Of a stretch of DNA of 64,000 nucleotides, positions 40,166 to 50,139 are shown piece by piece; the stretch's first letter is position 1; the number at the start of each line of letters is the position of its first letter. Below the pieces are notes generated by a model, which was not told where the DNA came from, made no database searches, and worked only from the letters and a program-made list of their open reading frames with translations. Location: assembly GCA_045863335.1 (NCBI GenBank), contig BTVY01000037.1, positions 1 to 64,000 on the forward strand, read 5' to 3'. Both the position numbers and the translations under genes were made by a program. The stretch is from Candidatus Hydrogenedentota bacterium (GTDB taxonomy: Bacteria > Hydrogenedentota > Hydrogenedentia > Hydrogenedentales > SLHB01).

Positions 40166-43100
40166 ATTTCGCCTCACCGGCCTCATCATTCCTCGCAACT
40201 TGATCCGCCAGCTTCAACTGAATCGGATCGCAAAGAAACACCGGCTTCAGCGGTGATTGTGTTTCGATCTGCGCCTGCACGTAGATGGTGCGGTCAACGT
40301 CTTTCACCCACGGCTCCGCGTAAATCTCCACCGTCCGCTCCAACTCGCCTTCACGCACGAGGATTCCGTTCAACCCCGTATTCATGACGTACACGCCGAA
40401 CGGAAGGTTTAAGACGTCGATGGGGACGCGGCTGTTGAAACCGTTGTGCCGGTCGAGCTTGACGGACAGCGTCGCCACGTTGCCGGGGACCAGCGCCACC
40501 TGTTGACGGTCCGTGTTGACCTTCAGATCGGGCTGCATCGCGCTGACCGTGATCGCGCCGATGGCACTCTCCCGCAGGATGGGCTCGCCGTTCACCGTCG
40601 ACTCGGCCGTTAGTCTGAATTGAGCGTCCGTTGGCGTGGACTGCGCGTTCGGCCCGGCCAACAACGAAAGCCGAATGAGATCGTCGCCGGGTTTGATGAT
40701 GGCCGGTTCGATGGTAATCCCCTCGGGCAAATCGTGAAACTCCACCTTGACCTCGCCGTCGAAACCGTCCTTCCTCACCACGCGCACGTCAATCGGAACG
40801 CGGCTGCCTTGCGCGACGTTCACGCGATACGGACCCGTGGATACGTCGAAGTCCGGCTCCAGAGGTCGCGCCGTCAGGCGGTAGGCGAACTGCTCTCCCT
40901 CATTCCCAGCCGCATCCGTCACGCGGACAAAATAGTCACCGTCTTCAGGGGCCATGAAGTCGAGGCGCGAATCTCCCTTCGTGTCGCCATTCGCGGTGAA
41001 ACCGTCGTCGTTGCGCCAATACAACGGGAAAACCGGCATGCCGTTCGGCGCGAAAGATGTCCCCGGCGGGTGAACTTCCACTTTGTAGATCTTCGTGTAG
41101 ACGGCGTGGTGCTCCGGCGTGGTGCCGAAGTATGGGATTCGTTGGCCGTTCGGGTACGCGCTGAACACCACGTCTTCATCTGCGTAATCGGGAATCTTGG
41201 AGACGCGCAGGATTTCGCCTCCCAGCATGACATAGTCGTTGAGCCGAAGATCGCGCCACACATCGAGTCGCAACCCCGCGGACCGCGAATCCCGCGGGGA
41301 AAGCGTGAGGAAGGTCTCCGCTACGCAGCGCACGACGCCTTGCTCGATCAGATTGCCCGAGGCGTCCAACACTTCAATCACGGAATCCAGCGGCGAACCG
41401 AGCGTGGCCGCGGCGGTTTCCAGAACGATCATCTGTCCCTTCTGCGCAGAGAATCGGTAGACGTCGGCATCCTGACCTTCACCATCGACGCGCCCGTTTA
41501 CGGTCATGGGAAAAGCCAGCGGATTTGCATTCTCAACCCGGTCGTTGGGTTCCGATTCCAGCGACTCCTCGTACGCAGCCACAGCCAGAACCGGCGCACT
41601 CACGGGGCTCCCTTCGACTGCCGTAAGCGGGACGCGCGTTGTCGCATCCTGGCGAACGGCATCCGGAGGATCGACCTCAATGGTGTCGCCCGCCAGGTTG
41701 AACCCCGCGACCTGCACGCTTTGCGGATCGCCCGCGCGTAGGCCGAGCGGCCACATCCCGGTCACCATCGGATACGCGCCGACATGCAACCGGTAGCCGA
41801 GGCCGCCTCGTAAGTCGACGTCGCTGACCTCTACAACGATGGCGCCGTCTGTTTCCGCGCGATAGCCGAGCGTGTCATTCGACGACGCGCCGAGAGCGCG
41901 AGCGGTCGCAAGCTCCTTGCCTTCGGAGTCCACGAACCGCATGCCGGCATTCAGCGCGGTATCCGTCAGGGCACAGACAATCTCCTGCCCCGCGGTCACA
42001 TCGATTCGATACCGGTCCACGTCGCCGGGCTGCGCGATCTGACCGATCACCACATTGGGCCATTCGATGGCATGCGCTTCGTCCTCTCCATCGTTAGGTT
42101 CGGCTTCACCCACGTCCGCTTTCGGCAAAACGGTAAAGCCCGTGGTATTTGTCATGCCGATGGGCGTCCGGAACATGAGTTGATGAGTCCCGACCGGGGC
42201 ATCTTCGGCAATGGCGAATTTCAGCTTGAGCCGGTAGGGCTGGGCGTTATCCAGAATGTCCGCGCCGGTACCCCGGGGGCCTTCGCCCAGCTTGAGTTCC
42301 GGCATGGGCAGCGCCTCGCGTTCCACCACCTCGACCGCGATCTTCCCATTCGTCACAATCGGCTCGGCCTGGTCGAGGTTCTTGCCGTTCACCGTGAGTT
42401 CCACTTCGGCACCCCGATGCCACCGCACCGGCGAGATGGACGAAATCGATGGCGGCACCGTCGCTTCGATAATCACCGCTTCCACGCTCAGGCTGGAGAC
42501 CTTCTTGCGCGCAGCGGGCGTTGCTTCTACGGTCGTGTCCGTTTGGGCTACGTCCTTGGATTCCGCGGCGGGCTCCTCCCCCACACGCTGCCCCGTTTCC
42601 GCGACGTACACATCGCTGGACGCGTCGTACCGGCCCGCGGCCAGGTACGCGCCGTCGGGGCTCACCGACAACGCCGTCACCCAGTCCGATTGCCCTTCGA
42701 TGGCCAGCTTCTCTTCCAGCGTCTCCGCGTTCCACGCCTTGATCCGCAGATCTTCGGACGTTGAATACAGTGTCGCACCGTCGGGTGAGTACGCGATGCG
42801 CAGCACCGACCCTTCGTGGGCGAACGTGGATCGCAGCAGCGTGCCGGAAGTCGTCGCCGACTGTTGCACAGGACCGTCGGACTCTTTCATGTCCCAGATG
42901 CGGATCATCTTGTCCGCCCCCGCGCCGGCCAGTTGCGTACCGTCCGGTGAGAAGGCCAACGTCAGCACGTTATCCAAGGAATCGGAAATCGTCGCGCGCA
43001 AGGTGCCGGTCTCTGCATCCCAGATCTTGACCGTCCGGTCGCCCGCGCCAGAGGCGATGGTCTTGCCATCCGGACTCCATGCGACGGCATAGACAGCGTC

Positions 43101-43955
43101 AACGTGGTTGCTGAGAGTCTGCAAGATCTCACCCGTCTGCGTGTTCCACACAACGATCGTCTTGTCGTAGCTGCACGTCGCCAAGCGGGTGCCGTCCGGG
43201 CTGAACGCCACGTCCAGAATATTGTCCTTGTGCCCTTCGAGGGTCTGCACCAGCCGGTGCTCCCCGACGTTCCAAATCTTCACTTCCCCGTTGCGGCCCG
43301 GCTTGCCGCCTGCTGCCGCGAGGAGTGCGCCATCCGGCGAAAACGCGAGCGCGCGCACCATCTCCGAATGTCCGCCTAACGTGAACTTGGGCGTTGGCGC
43401 GCCTGTGGCGGCATCGACTCCGAGCACGTCCACCCGTCCCAGAGTACCGCGCGCGAGCAGCACTTCCGGACCCGCAGGCGAATAGGCAAGCGACGATACC
43501 GGCGCCGACTCCACGACGGCCGCGGGCACAGTTACTGGGGTCGTAGCTTCGGGAGCGGGTGCCGCCGCCGGCGTGACGACGGCCCCTTCGTTGATCCATT
43601 GCCGGACGATGGCGACTGATTCCGGAGTCAACCGTTCGCCCTTGCCTTCGGGCGGCATGTGGGGCTCTTCCGCAAACTCGATCAGCCGTACGAGCAGACT
43701 CTCGTCAGCCTTGCCCGCGACAATGGCTGGACCGCTCGAACCGCCGGCGATCAAGGTCTCCGGCGTCGATACGTCCAATTTCGCCTTGAGCGAATCGGCC
43801 TCGGGGAAGTGACACCCGGAACAACTCTTCTGAAAGATGGGCTTCACGTCGCGATTGAAATCGACCGCGTCGGCCAAAGCCGGAATCGATGCGACAAGAC
43901 ACCCTGCCAGTCCGGCGGTCAGCGTCTGCCGGAAACGGTGACGTACACGAGCCAT
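40164..43955 (-). CDS. Planctomycete-type cytochrome c + WD40 propeller + PPC-like domain protein
   Basis: Signal peptide. VDFNRDVKPIFQKSCSGCH...MPP...WINEGA. Several GH...AFSPDG...IW repeats. E.EPND motifs. Confidence 0.88.
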   Translation of the reverse strand: MARVRHRFRQTLTAGLAGCLVASIPALADAVDFNRDVKPIFQKSCSGCHFPEADSLKAKLDVSTPETLIAGGSSGPAIVAGKADESLLVRLIEFAEEPHMPPEGKGERLTPESVAIVRQWINEGAVVTPAAAPAPEATTPVTVPAAVVESAPVSSLAYSPAGPEVLLARGTLGRVDVLGVDAATGAPTPKFTLGGHSEMVRALAFSPDGALLAAAGGKPGRNGEVKIWNVGEHRLVQTLEGHKDNILDVAFSPDGTRLATCSYDKTIVVWNTQTGEILQTLSNHVDAVYAVAWSPDGKTIASGAGDRTVKIWDAETGTLRATISDSLDNVLTLAFSPDGTQLAGAGADKMIRIWDMKESDGPVQQSATTSGTLLRSTFAHEGSVLRIAYSPDGATLYSTSEDLRIKAWNAETLEEKLAIEGQSDWVTALSVSPDGAYLAAGRYDASSDVYVAETGQRVGEEPAAESKDVAQTDTTVEATPAARKKVSSLSVEAVIIEATVPPSISSISPVRWHRGAEVELTVNGKNLDQAEPIVTNGKIAVEVVEREALPMPELKLGEGPRGTGADILDNAQPYRLKLKFAIAEDAPVGTHQLMFRTPIGMTNTTGFTVLPKADVGEAEPNDGEDEAHAIEWPNVVIGQIAQPGDVDRYRIDVTAGQEIVCALTDTALNAGMRFVDSEGKELATARALGASSNDTLGYRAETDGAIVVEVSDVDLRGGLGYRLHVGAYPMVTGMWPLGLRAGDPQSVQVAGFNLAGDTIEVDPPDAVRQDATTRVPLTAVEGSPVSAPVLAVAAYEESLESEPNDRVENANPLAFPMTVNGRVDGEGQDADVYRFSAQKGQMIVLETAAATLGSPLDSVIEVLDASGNLIEQGVVRCVAETFLTLSPRDSRSAGLRLDVWRDLRLNDYVMLGGEILRVSKIPDYADEDVVFSAYPNGQRIPYFGTTPEHHAVYTKIYKVEVHPPGTSFAPNGMPVFPLYWRNDDGFTANGDTKGDSRLDFMAPEDGDYFVRVTDAAGNEGEQFAYRLTARPLEPDFDVSTGPYRVNVAQGSRVPIDVRVVRKDGFDGEVKVEFHDLPEGITIEPAIIKPGDDLIRLSLLAGPNAQSTPTDAQFRLTAESTVNGEPILRESAIGAITVSAMQPDLKVNTDRQQVALVPGNVATLSVKLDRHNGFNSRVPIDVLNLPFGVYVMNTGLNGILVREGELERTVEIYAEPWVKDVDRTIYVQAQIETQSPLKPVFLCDPIQLKLADQVARNDEAGEAK

Positions 43956-43975
43956 TCCGTTCTTCCTTTTCTTCG

Positions 43976-46417
43976 TCAGTGGGTAAACAGAAATTCCTTG
44001 CCGGAGAGAACCGCCCAGGTGAGGTCCTCCAACGCGGCGCGCCGTTCCGCCTCGCACTCGGGTCCGTCCTTGCGCACCGCGGCGAGAATCGTCAATGCCG
44101 GTTCCCGCTCTTCCGGGCGGGGCATGCGCGCCAGGGCGCGAAGATAAATCGTGTTGAGCGCCTCTTCATCGCTGACCTGTTCGTTCATCAACGTCGCAAC
44201 GATAGAGCGGTCGTCCCGTAGCTTGCCATTGAGCGTTTCGCCATTAGCCACGTGAAGCGTCTGCGCGACGCTGGAGTCCTCCGTGCGCTCGCAGGAACAG
44301 GCCTGCTTCCGCTCCGGCCTCCCGAAGGCTTCGAGGAAGTACGAGCCAACCTGCGAATCCGGCAACTGCAACGCGCGGAACCCTTCAGGATAGCCGTCAA
44401 ACTTCGTCGGCACGCCCGTCACCTGCGAATACGCATCGAGAATCACCTCGGCGCTCAGACGGCGCACGATGTACTGCGAGTAATGCTTGTCGTCCGGCTG
44501 GGCCGGGTCCGAAGGCTGGGACGAGCGGCGATACGCCGCGGACTGCATGATGGTCCGCATGAGATGTCTGACATCGTATTCGTGCTCCACGAGGTCTCGC
44601 GCCAACGCGTCCAACAAATCCGGGTTCGACGGCGGATTGGTCAAGCGCAGATCGTCTTCCGGCTCCACGAGACCGCGTCCCATGAAGTTCTTCCAAACGC
44701 GATTCACAATGGACTTCGTAAAATACGGATTGTCCGGCGAGGTGATCCATTCCGCAAGGTAGTCGCGTCGATCCACATCGGCGTTCAGCTCGATCGGCTC
44801 GCCGTCCAGGGGTTGAGGATTTACCGGCGCTCCAACGCGCGGATGAATCACATCGCCAAACGCCGCGCTGATCACTTCCGTGTCATTTCCCCGGCGGCCG
44901 TTCTTGAACTTCACGCGCGAGAAGAGATTCGCCATGCCGTAGTAATCGTCTTGCGTCCACTTTTCCAGCGGATGGTTATGACATCGCGCACAAGTGATGG
45001 AGAACCCAAGAAAGGTCTGCGACGTGGTCTCGGTCAGGTCGACCGTTTCCTTGTGCATGGTGAAATAGTTGGCCGCGCCGTTCTCCAGCGTGCTGCCTTG
45101 CGCGGTGAGAATATCGCGAACGAATACATCCCAAGGCGTGTTCGCCTCGACGTTGCTGCGAATGTAGCGGTAGAAGGCGTTGAGTTCCTCGCGCCGCGGC
45201 AGGTTCTTCGACGACAGCAGCAGCACGTCGGACCACTTGTAGGACCAGTAGTCCACGAACTCGGGCCGGTCGAGCAGCCGATCCACCAGCCGGTCCCGCT
45301 TCGCCGGATCGGGGTCCATCACAAAGGCGGATACTTCTTCCGGTGTCGGCAGCATGCCGATCGTGTCAAGCGTAGCGCGGCGGATGAACTCCGAATCTCC
45401 CGCTTCGGCGGCGGGCGCAATCTTCAAGCGTTCGAGTTGCTGCAGAACCAGTTCATCGATGTAGTTCCGCCGTTCGGCGTTCGCGAAGAGCGATGCGTCC
45501 ACCGGAGTCTCGCGCGGAACGATGATGCGCGCCGAAGAAACCTTGCTCGCGTAATAGACTGTGATGGACGCGGCGCCCGAGCCGGTGATCGCCACCTTTC
45601 CCAAATCGTCAACGGTCGCCACGGAATCATCGGTCGTGCCGAAACTAACCCAGCGCGTGACGTCTTCGTAGGTACCGTCGCTGTAATGCGCCCGCACCAG
45701 GATCTGCTGGTTCGCGCCGTTGTCGAGCGTGACGGATTCCGGCATCACCTCGAGTCGTTCCACCACGGGATCGTCCTTGGACGCCGCGGGTGCGCCCGCC
45801 TCGATCCATTCCAGCAGAATGCGGTAAGCCTCGGAATCCTTCGTGAACCGTTCGCCGCCCGCGTGCGGAACATCCATCACGGGTTTCAACAGCACTAAAC
45901 TCTGTTCGGGATCGCCGGGCGACAGTCGGCGGCCGTTGGCCTGGCGGGTAAGGGACTTGTGGTCCCAGTCATGATCGAAGCCGCGAAGCGAGAGCCGGAA
46001 GCCGTTCTTCCCCGCAGCGGCGCCATGGCAGGCGCCCGTGTTGCAGCCCATCTTGAACAGGACGGGTTGCACGTGGTTGCGAAAACTCTGCACGTACGGC
46101 GCATCCGTTCCCGATACGGTCACGGGCGTCGTCACCGTCTGGCCACCGATCGTCGCGGTGATGGTCGCGTCCCCATTGCCGACGGCGGTCACCACACCTT
46201 TTTCGTCAACGGTTGCGACCGCGGGATCGGAGGATTGAAACGTAGCTTGTTCAGTCACGTCGCCACGCCAGTCGTTCCCGGCCTTCTGCTCGACTACGAG
46301 GGAATGAATCGCGCCCGCATTGTACAACGCGATCTCGCCGGGGATGGTCGCAAGTTCATCGGCTCGGCTTGACAACACGCAGACCGCGCCCATGAAAAGA
46401 ATCGTCAGTAAACGCAT
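43976..46417 (-). CDS. Ig-like (Big_2) + DUF1549 + DUF1553 protein
   Basis: GCNTGACHG, EFIRRATLD, CARCHNHPLEKW, NRVWKNFMGRGLVEP, WAVLSGKEFLFTH. Start MRLLTILF at 46417; the longer ORF-track start overlaps the upstream gene. Confidence 0.9.
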   Translation of the reverse strand: MRLLTILFMGAVCVLSSRADELATIPGEIALYNAGAIHSLVVEQKAGNDWRGDVTEQATFQSSDPAVATVDEKGVVTAVGNGDATITATIGGQTVTTPVTVSGTDAPYVQSFRNHVQPVLFKMGCNTGACHGAAAGKNGFRLSLRGFDHDWDHKSLTRQANGRRLSPGDPEQSLVLLKPVMDVPHAGGERFTKDSEAYRILLEWIEAGAPAASKDDPVVERLEVMPESVTLDNGANQQILVRAHYSDGTYEDVTRWVSFGTTDDSVATVDDLGKVAITGSGAASITVYYASKVSSARIIVPRETPVDASLFANAERRNYIDELVLQQLERLKIAPAAEAGDSEFIRRATLDTIGMLPTPEEVSAFVMDPDPAKRDRLVDRLLDRPEFVDYWSYKWSDVLLLSSKNLPRREELNAFYRYIRSNVEANTPWDVFVRDILTAQGSTLENGAANYFTMHKETVDLTETTSQTFLGFSITCARCHNHPLEKWTQDDYYGMANLFSRVKFKNGRRGNDTEVISAAFGDVIHPRVGAPVNPQPLDGEPIELNADVDRRDYLAEWITSPDNPYFTKSIVNRVWKNFMGRGLVEPEDDLRLTNPPSNPDLLDALARDLVEHEYDVRHLMRTIMQSAAYRRSSQPSDPAQPDDKHYSQYIVRRLSAEVILDAYSQVTGVPTKFDGYPEGFRALQLPDSQVGSYFLEAFGRPERKQACSCERTEDSSVAQTLHVANGETLNGKLRDDRSIVATLMNEQVSDEEALNTIYLRALARMPRPEEREPALTILAAVRKDGPECEAERRAALEDLTWAVLSGKEFLFTH

Positions 46418-46419
46418 CG

Positions 46420-47793
46420 TCACACCAGTTCCATAATCGGTTTCGTTCCGTAATCCACAACGGGAATGGGCCGCTTGCCGGGCCCGGGGAGTTCGGTTTC
46501 GATATCGATGCCGAGGCAATGATAAACCGTCGCCACAACTTCCGCGGGCGTCGTCGGGCGCTCCACCGGAAACGCGCCGATGTCGTCCGTCTTGCCGACG
46601 ATGCGTCCGCCCTGAATCCCGCCCCCTGCCATGAGAATGGACCAGACCTGCGGCCAGTGATCGCGGCCGCCTGCCGGGTTGATCTTCGGGGTGCGGCCGA
46701 ATTCGCCCATGGCGACGATCAGTGTGTTCTCCAGCATGCCGCGCTGCTTGAGGTCTTCGAGAAGTGAACTCAGGCCGTAGTCGAGCATGGGACCGACCAG
46801 GTCGCTGTAACACTCGATAGGGCTGAACGGCGCGGACCCGTGAATGTCCCAGGTGATCTCATTGAACACCGTTTCAAACATGTTGATCGTGCAGAAGCGA
46901 ACGCCCCGTTCGATCAGTCGCCGCGCGAGCAGGCAACTTTGTCCAAACTTGTTGTTGCCGTACGCCTCCCGCAACACCTCGGGTTCCTGGCTCAGATCGA
47001 AAGCCTCGCGCGCGGCCTCCGACGACATCAGGGTATAGGCCTGCTGGAAGTTCTCGTCCAGCAACCGCGCGTCGGGATTCGCTTCGAGCTGCGCGACGGA
47101 TTGGTCCACGATGTCGCGGAGTTTCCGACGCCGGTCAATGCGCATCGACGAAATGTAATCGGGTGGCAACAGGTCTGGCACTTCAAAGTCGGGCGCGTCG
47201 GGTTCCGCGTTGAGCACGAAAGGATCGTGCGACTTTCCGAGGAACCCCGCCGTCTGGCCGTGGGGCATGTTGCCGCCCGTCGGCCCGATGGGCCGCGGCA
47301 TGAGTACATGAGCCGGCAGGTCGTTCTTGCCGCCGCGCAAGTAGCCGAGCACGCAGCCCGCATGGGGATGCTCCATGCCGTTCTGAAACAACCGCCCCGT
47401 CTGCATCATCTGATGGCCCGTGTCGTGCACGCCGGCCGCCTTGTGATGGAGCGTCCGCACGATGGAAAACTTGTCCGCATGATTCGCGAGCTTCGGAAAG
47501 ATCTCGGAGATCTGAATGTCGGGGTTGTTCGTGCGGATCGCTTTGTAAGGACCCCGGATCTCAGCGGGTGCGTCGGGCTTCATGTCGAAGGTATCGAGCT
47601 GGCTCGGTCCGCCCACGAGAAATAGAAAAATGCAGTTCATGTCCTTGTCCGGAGAGACCGCGCCGGCGGCTTTCAGGCCCATGAACCCGGGCAGCGTAAG
47701 GCCCAGCGTGGCCAGCGCGCCGGCGTGAAGGAAATCGCGGCGGCTCATGCCGTCACAGAAATGAACCCGCTTGTTGGCATCAATCCGGTACAT
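46420..47793 (-). CDS. DUF1501 family protein
   Basis: CDGMSRRDFL, GGPSQLDTFDMKP, LLARRLIERGVRF, WDIH, GEFGRTPKIN, GRDHWP. Confidence 0.93.
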   Translation of the reverse strand: MYRIDANKRVHFCDGMSRRDFLHAGALATLGLTLPGFMGLKAAGAVSPDKDMNCIFLFLVGGPSQLDTFDMKPDAPAEIRGPYKAIRTNNPDIQISEIFPKLANHADKFSIVRTLHHKAAGVHDTGHQMMQTGRLFQNGMEHPHAGCVLGYLRGGKNDLPAHVLMPRPIGPTGGNMPHGQTAGFLGKSHDPFVLNAEPDAPDFEVPDLLPPDYISSMRIDRRRKLRDIVDQSVAQLEANPDARLLDENFQQAYTLMSSEAAREAFDLSQEPEVLREAYGNNKFGQSCLLARRLIERGVRFCTINMFETVFNEITWDIHGSAPFSPIECYSDLVGPMLDYGLSSLLEDLKQRGMLENTLIVAMGEFGRTPKINPAGGRDHWPQVWSILMAGGGIQGGRIVGKTDDIGAFPVERPTTPAEVVATVYHCLGIDIETELPGPGKRPIPVVDYGTKPIMELV

Positions 47794-48152
47794 GGCAAAG
47801 CATCTCCTGAAACGTGACCTTGGCGCCCGGCGAACATGCCGGTGCCGCATTTCATAATCCGGAATGGGACGGGCCAGACGGGACGTAGTGCACGCGTGTA
47901 ATCACCCGTTGCGCCCGGCTCCCCAATCAAATACCTTGCAGCGTTGTAACCAGTATACGGCATCCGCCTGAAATCGGCAACCCCTTGTAAAACGGCTGGT
48001 TACACTGATTGTCGTCGTTGGACCGCACGGGGTTGCACGAATTTCTACCGCAGAACGGCGCAGGTTGAGGTATTATCTATGCAGGATTACTCGGCACAAC
48101 GCCGGGTTCTCAGGGCTGCGGCGCCACGGATGCCGCAGAGTTTGGGGGAACG

Positions 48153-49076
48153 TTGAACACGCCGCGCGACGCCTTTCAACCGACCGATCGCGTCTTCGAA
48201 ACCCTCATGGATCACCTTCAGGAAGGGGTCTATTTCGTCGACCGGTTCCGCACCATCCAATATTGGAACCGCGGCGCCGAGGAACTGACCGGTTACACCC
48301 GCCTGGATGTCACAGGCCGGTGTTGCGCATCGAATATCCTGAGTCACGTAAGCGGGGAGGGGGAGAAGATGTGTACCGGATCCTGTCCCCTGTTGCGTTC
48401 GATGGCGGACGGGCAATCCCGGCAAACGGCAGCCTACCTCCTGCACAAAGACGGTCACCGTCTCCCCGTGATGATCCGGACGTCCCCAATTCGCGACGAC
48501 TCCGGCACGATCGTCGGCGCCCTGGAAAGCTTTACGGACAACACCCAGCAGATTTCCGCCATCGAGCGGATCGCCGCGCTGGAACAACAGGCGCTGATCT
48601 GCCCGTTAACGCTGGTGGGCAACCGGCGGTGTTCTGAGATGGTGCTGGAAGAAAAGTTCGCGGAACTGAAGCGATACCGGCGAACATTCGGCGTGGCGTT
48701 CATTGACTTGGATCATTTCAAGGCGATCAACGACCGGTACGGTCACACCGTCGGGGACGTGTGCCTGAAGATCGTCGCCGGGACAATCCGGAATGACCTT
48801 CGCTCCTTCGATTTCGTGGGACGCTGGGGCGGCGAGGAATTCATCGTCGTCGTCGATACGGCGGACACTCACGTGCTGGAAGGCATGGCAAACCGGCTGT
48901 GCACGCTCGTGTCCCACTCCTCGGAGCGGGCCAGCGGCCACAAAATTGAACTCACCATCTCGGTGGGCGCAACCCTGGCCACGCTGGGCGACTCGCCAGC
49001 GACCCTCGTGGAACGGGCCGACGAGGCCATGTACGAAAGCAAACGAGGCGGCCGCAATCGCGTCACGATGGTCTGA
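48153..49076 (+). CDS. PAS-GGDEF diguanylate cyclase
   Basis: PAS (YWNRGAEELTGY, HKDG). DLDHFKAINDRYGH, RxxD I-site (RSFD), RWGGEEF, ADEAMYESK. Confidence 0.93.
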   Translation: MNTPRDAFQPTDRVFETLMDHLQEGVYFVDRFRTIQYWNRGAEELTGYTRLDVTGRCCASNILSHVSGEGEKMCTGSCPLLRSMADGQSRQTAAYLLHKDGHRLPVMIRTSPIRDDSGTIVGALESFTDNTQQISAIERIAALEQQALICPLTLVGNRRCSEMVLEEKFAELKRYRRTFGVAFIDLDHFKAINDRYGHTVGDVCLKIVAGTIRNDLRSFDFVGRWGGEEFIVVVDTADTHVLEGMANRLCTLVSHSSERASGHKIELTISVGATLATLGDSPATLVERADEAMYESKRGGRNRVTMV

Positions 49077-49086
49077 GCGCCGCGAC

Positions 49087-50097
49087 CTACCCCCGCGTCT
49101 TCGACAGTGACGTCAGAAAGGCCTGCGACCTGCCCGCCAATTCGTCCACCCACGGCATGGCGTCCACAGGCGCATGAACGTTCGCTTCGTCCATCCACGA
49201 CACCGTGCGCCGCACGCCTTCCTCCCAGGACACGAGATCGGTGAACTCGGGGACATCCGTCTGAAGCGCGGCGTTTGAGTACGCGCCATGATACTGAAAG
49301 ATCTCGCGCAGCATGGCCGACCTATCGGTTGGAGCTCCCGCGAGCAACTGCTCGGTCGTAAGACAAACGATGTTGGGTTCGCAACCGATCGCCTGTGCCA
49401 TACGCTCGTGAAACGCCCGCCAGTCCATGATCTCGTCGCCGACGATGTTGTAGGCCCGGCCTAGGGTACGCTCGTTACCAAGCGCGCCGGCAAAGCCCTT
49501 CGCCACGTCGTCGATGTACCCCGGCTGCCACAGTCCGTGCCCGTCGCCGGGTACGAGGATCGGCAATCCCGCACGGATACGCGCCACGAGTGAGGGGTTG
49601 TATCCCCAGATATCCAACAGCGGCGCGCCGGGACCATAACAATGGGCGGGCCGGAAAATGGTCACGGGAAAACTGGACTGTTGCCATGCCGTCAGAAAGA
49701 CGTGTTCCGCGTCACGCTTGCCGCGCCCATAGTCGCTCACGGGCCGCAACGGCTCGTGTTCATCGGCCGGTATCGACGCTAAGGGACCGCCGTAGACGCA
49801 AACCGTGCTGCAGAACACGTAATGCTGCACGCGATCCTGAAATACCTCCACGGCGTGAGCGGCCGTGCGCGGATCGAAGGTAATCATGTCGATGACTGCG
49901 TCGAACTCGGTCCCGGCGATGGCGCGCTGGAAAACCTCGAAATCTTGACGGTCCCCCGCGATGCATTCCACGTCTCCGTCCAGCCGTGATGGCGTCTTGC
50001 CGCGGTTGAACAAGACCGGCTCATGTCCCGTCGCAAGAAGCCGTCGAACGATAGGCGTACTGATTAATCCGGTGCCACCAAGCACGAGAACTCGCAA
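49087..50097 (-). CDS. NAD-dependent epimerase/dehydratase (atypical SDR)
   Basis: VLVLGGTGLIS, FNRG, STVCVY, YGRGK, FRPAHCYGP. TTG start after GGAGG. Confidence 0.88.
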   Translation of the reverse strand: MRVLVLGGTGLISTPIVRRLLATGHEPVLFNRGKTPSRLDGDVECIAGDRQDFEVFQRAIAGTEFDAVIDMITFDPRTAAHAVEVFQDRVQHYVFCSTVCVYGGPLASIPADEHEPLRPVSDYGRGKRDAEHVFLTAWQQSSFPVTIFRPAHCYGPGAPLLDIWGYNPSLVARIRAGLPILVPGDGHGLWQPGYIDDVAKGFAGALGNERTLGRAYNIVGDEIMDWRAFHERMAQAIGCEPNIVCLTTEQLLAGAPTDRSAMLREIFQYHGAYSNAALQTDVPEFTDLVSWEEGVRRTVSWMDEANVHAPVDAMPWVDELAGRSQAFLTSLSKTRG

Positions 50098-50139
50098 AGA
50101 AACCCTCCAATCTATCACGCATGAAATCGGGCGGCTGGT

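Noticed and set aside
46418-46813. N-terminal extension of the DUF1549 ORF in the ORF track
   Set aside because: Overlaps the DUF1501 gene in another frame. The signal-peptide start is at 46417.
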